Below, piece after piece: positions 63,663 through 64,000 of a DNA stretch of 64,000 bases. The number at the start of each line of letters is the position of its first letter. The first letter of the stretch is position 1. This stretch comes from Streptomyces griseus (GTDB lineage: Bacteria > Actinomycetota > Actinomycetes > Nanopelagicales > Nanopelagicaceae), in NCBI GenBank assembly GCA_945884695.1, contig CAMCYO010000004.1, forward strand, positions 56,648 through 120,647. The letters are read 5' to 3'. Position numbers and translations under genes: made by a program. The notes below the pieces were generated by a model, which saw nothing but the letters and a program-made list of their open reading frames with translations, did not search any database and was not told where the DNA came from.

Positions 63663-63852
63663 GGGTCCTTTTCACGTGATTAACTCGCCTACACCCCTCT
63701 AGAACCCATGTAAAGCGCTATGAAACCTCCTTCTGCCTGGGCGCTTAGCCTTGAAATTTTGAGCGTGCATCTACCGACCATAGGCGTATTCCCGCATAGA
63801 CATCGAAGGGGCAAGTTGGAAGAATTGAGCCAACCCCAGCATTAGGAGTTCC

Positions 63853-64000
63853 GTGAAATCCCTGCGAGAAATGCTCGCCCGAGGCAATAACCGCTCCGGT
63901 GGCAAAGGCGCGCGCAGATTTACTTTTGCATATACCAACACGTTCAAAATGCGCCTTAAGAAAAAGTCACAACTTGTTCTCGTTTTTCTCTTGCTATGCA
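63853..64000 (+). CDS. Possible 5' end of a membrane-anchored protein (runs off right edge)
   Basis: GTG preceded by TAGGAG at 4-nt spacing. It encodes a basic N-terminus then the hydrophobic run KKKSQLVLVFLLLC. A competing open frame exists on the minus strand, so this call is tentative. Confidence 0.3.
   Translation, partial: MKSLREMLARGNNRSGGKGARRFTFAYTNTFKMRLKKKSQLVLVFLLLC

Noticed and set aside
63663-63852. A 190-nt apparently non-coding stretch after crtYd, with fragments reminiscent of cobalamin (GUGAAAUCC) or c-di-GMP-I (GGCAA...GCAAAGG) riboswitch cores
   Set aside because: I could not assemble the required helices, a B12 box or the conserved junction sequences. A minus-strand frame is also open from the right edge down to about 63775, so part of this region may be coding. 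The evidence is insufficient for an RNA call. Running cmscan would settle it.
1-64000. A search for CRISPR arrays, rRNA/tRNA genes, IS elements, prophage genes, toxin-antitoxin pairs or known defence systems
   Set aside because: I noticed no regularly spaced repeats of CRISPR type, no cloverleaf-like intergenic segments (most spacers are under 120 nt) and no transposase, integrase or defence-gene signatures. The window reads as core metabolism and information processing.

Overview
This 64-kb window reads as gene-dense core chromosome of a moderate-GC actinobacterium. That placement is an inference from several markers: SepH/DUF3071, DUF4192, an HrdB-type principal sigma factor with a Lys/Ala/Pro tail, a SAM-IV riboswitch, an nrdR-nrdJ operon, and mycobacterial-type TCGAAC-N4-GTTCGA SOS boxes. 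The gene content resembles streamlined freshwater acI/Nanopelagicales-type genomes, but the sequence alone cannot prove taxonomy. I support about 62 CDS, two riboswitches (TPP, SAM-IV), three LexA operators, a probable pair of NrdR boxes and a few hairpin terminators. I recognised no rRNA, tRNA, CRISPR array, transposase or integrase.

Main blocks, left to right:
- 1-2.5 kb: an SOS-controlled dnaE2 cassette.
- 3.8-14.2 kb: carotenoid genes, consisting of a CrtA-like/CruF-like/GT2/CrtD-like operon plus crtE-crtI-crtB.
- 14.2-15.4 kb: a TPP riboswitch followed by a PnuC-family transporter and a P-loop kinase.
- 15.5-24 kb: housekeeping genes (PASTA kinase, nfo, ltaE, ogt, class II DAHP synthase, pfkA).
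- 25-30.5 kb: the conserved rplS-lepB-rnhB-yraN-comM-dprA array, followed by era.
- 32.6-36.3 kb: sepH and psuG-psuK.
- 36.4-50 kb: a ParC-like topoisomerase subunit that lacks its C-terminal domain. A 10-kb allantoin/glyoxylate block separates it from an intact ParE-like subunit.
- 50-64 kb: sigA, SAM-IV-metX, a dinG-like helicase, nrdJ-nrdR, a LysM gene divergent from lexA, and the lycopene cyclase pair crtYc/Yd.

The items most worth a second look are the CTD-less topoisomerase A subunit, the riboswitch-PnuT-kinase module, and the minimal SOS mutasome whose start codon lies inside the LexA box. The myxol-type carotenoid glycoside operon and two uncharacterised enzymes embedded in the allantoin operon also merit follow-up.
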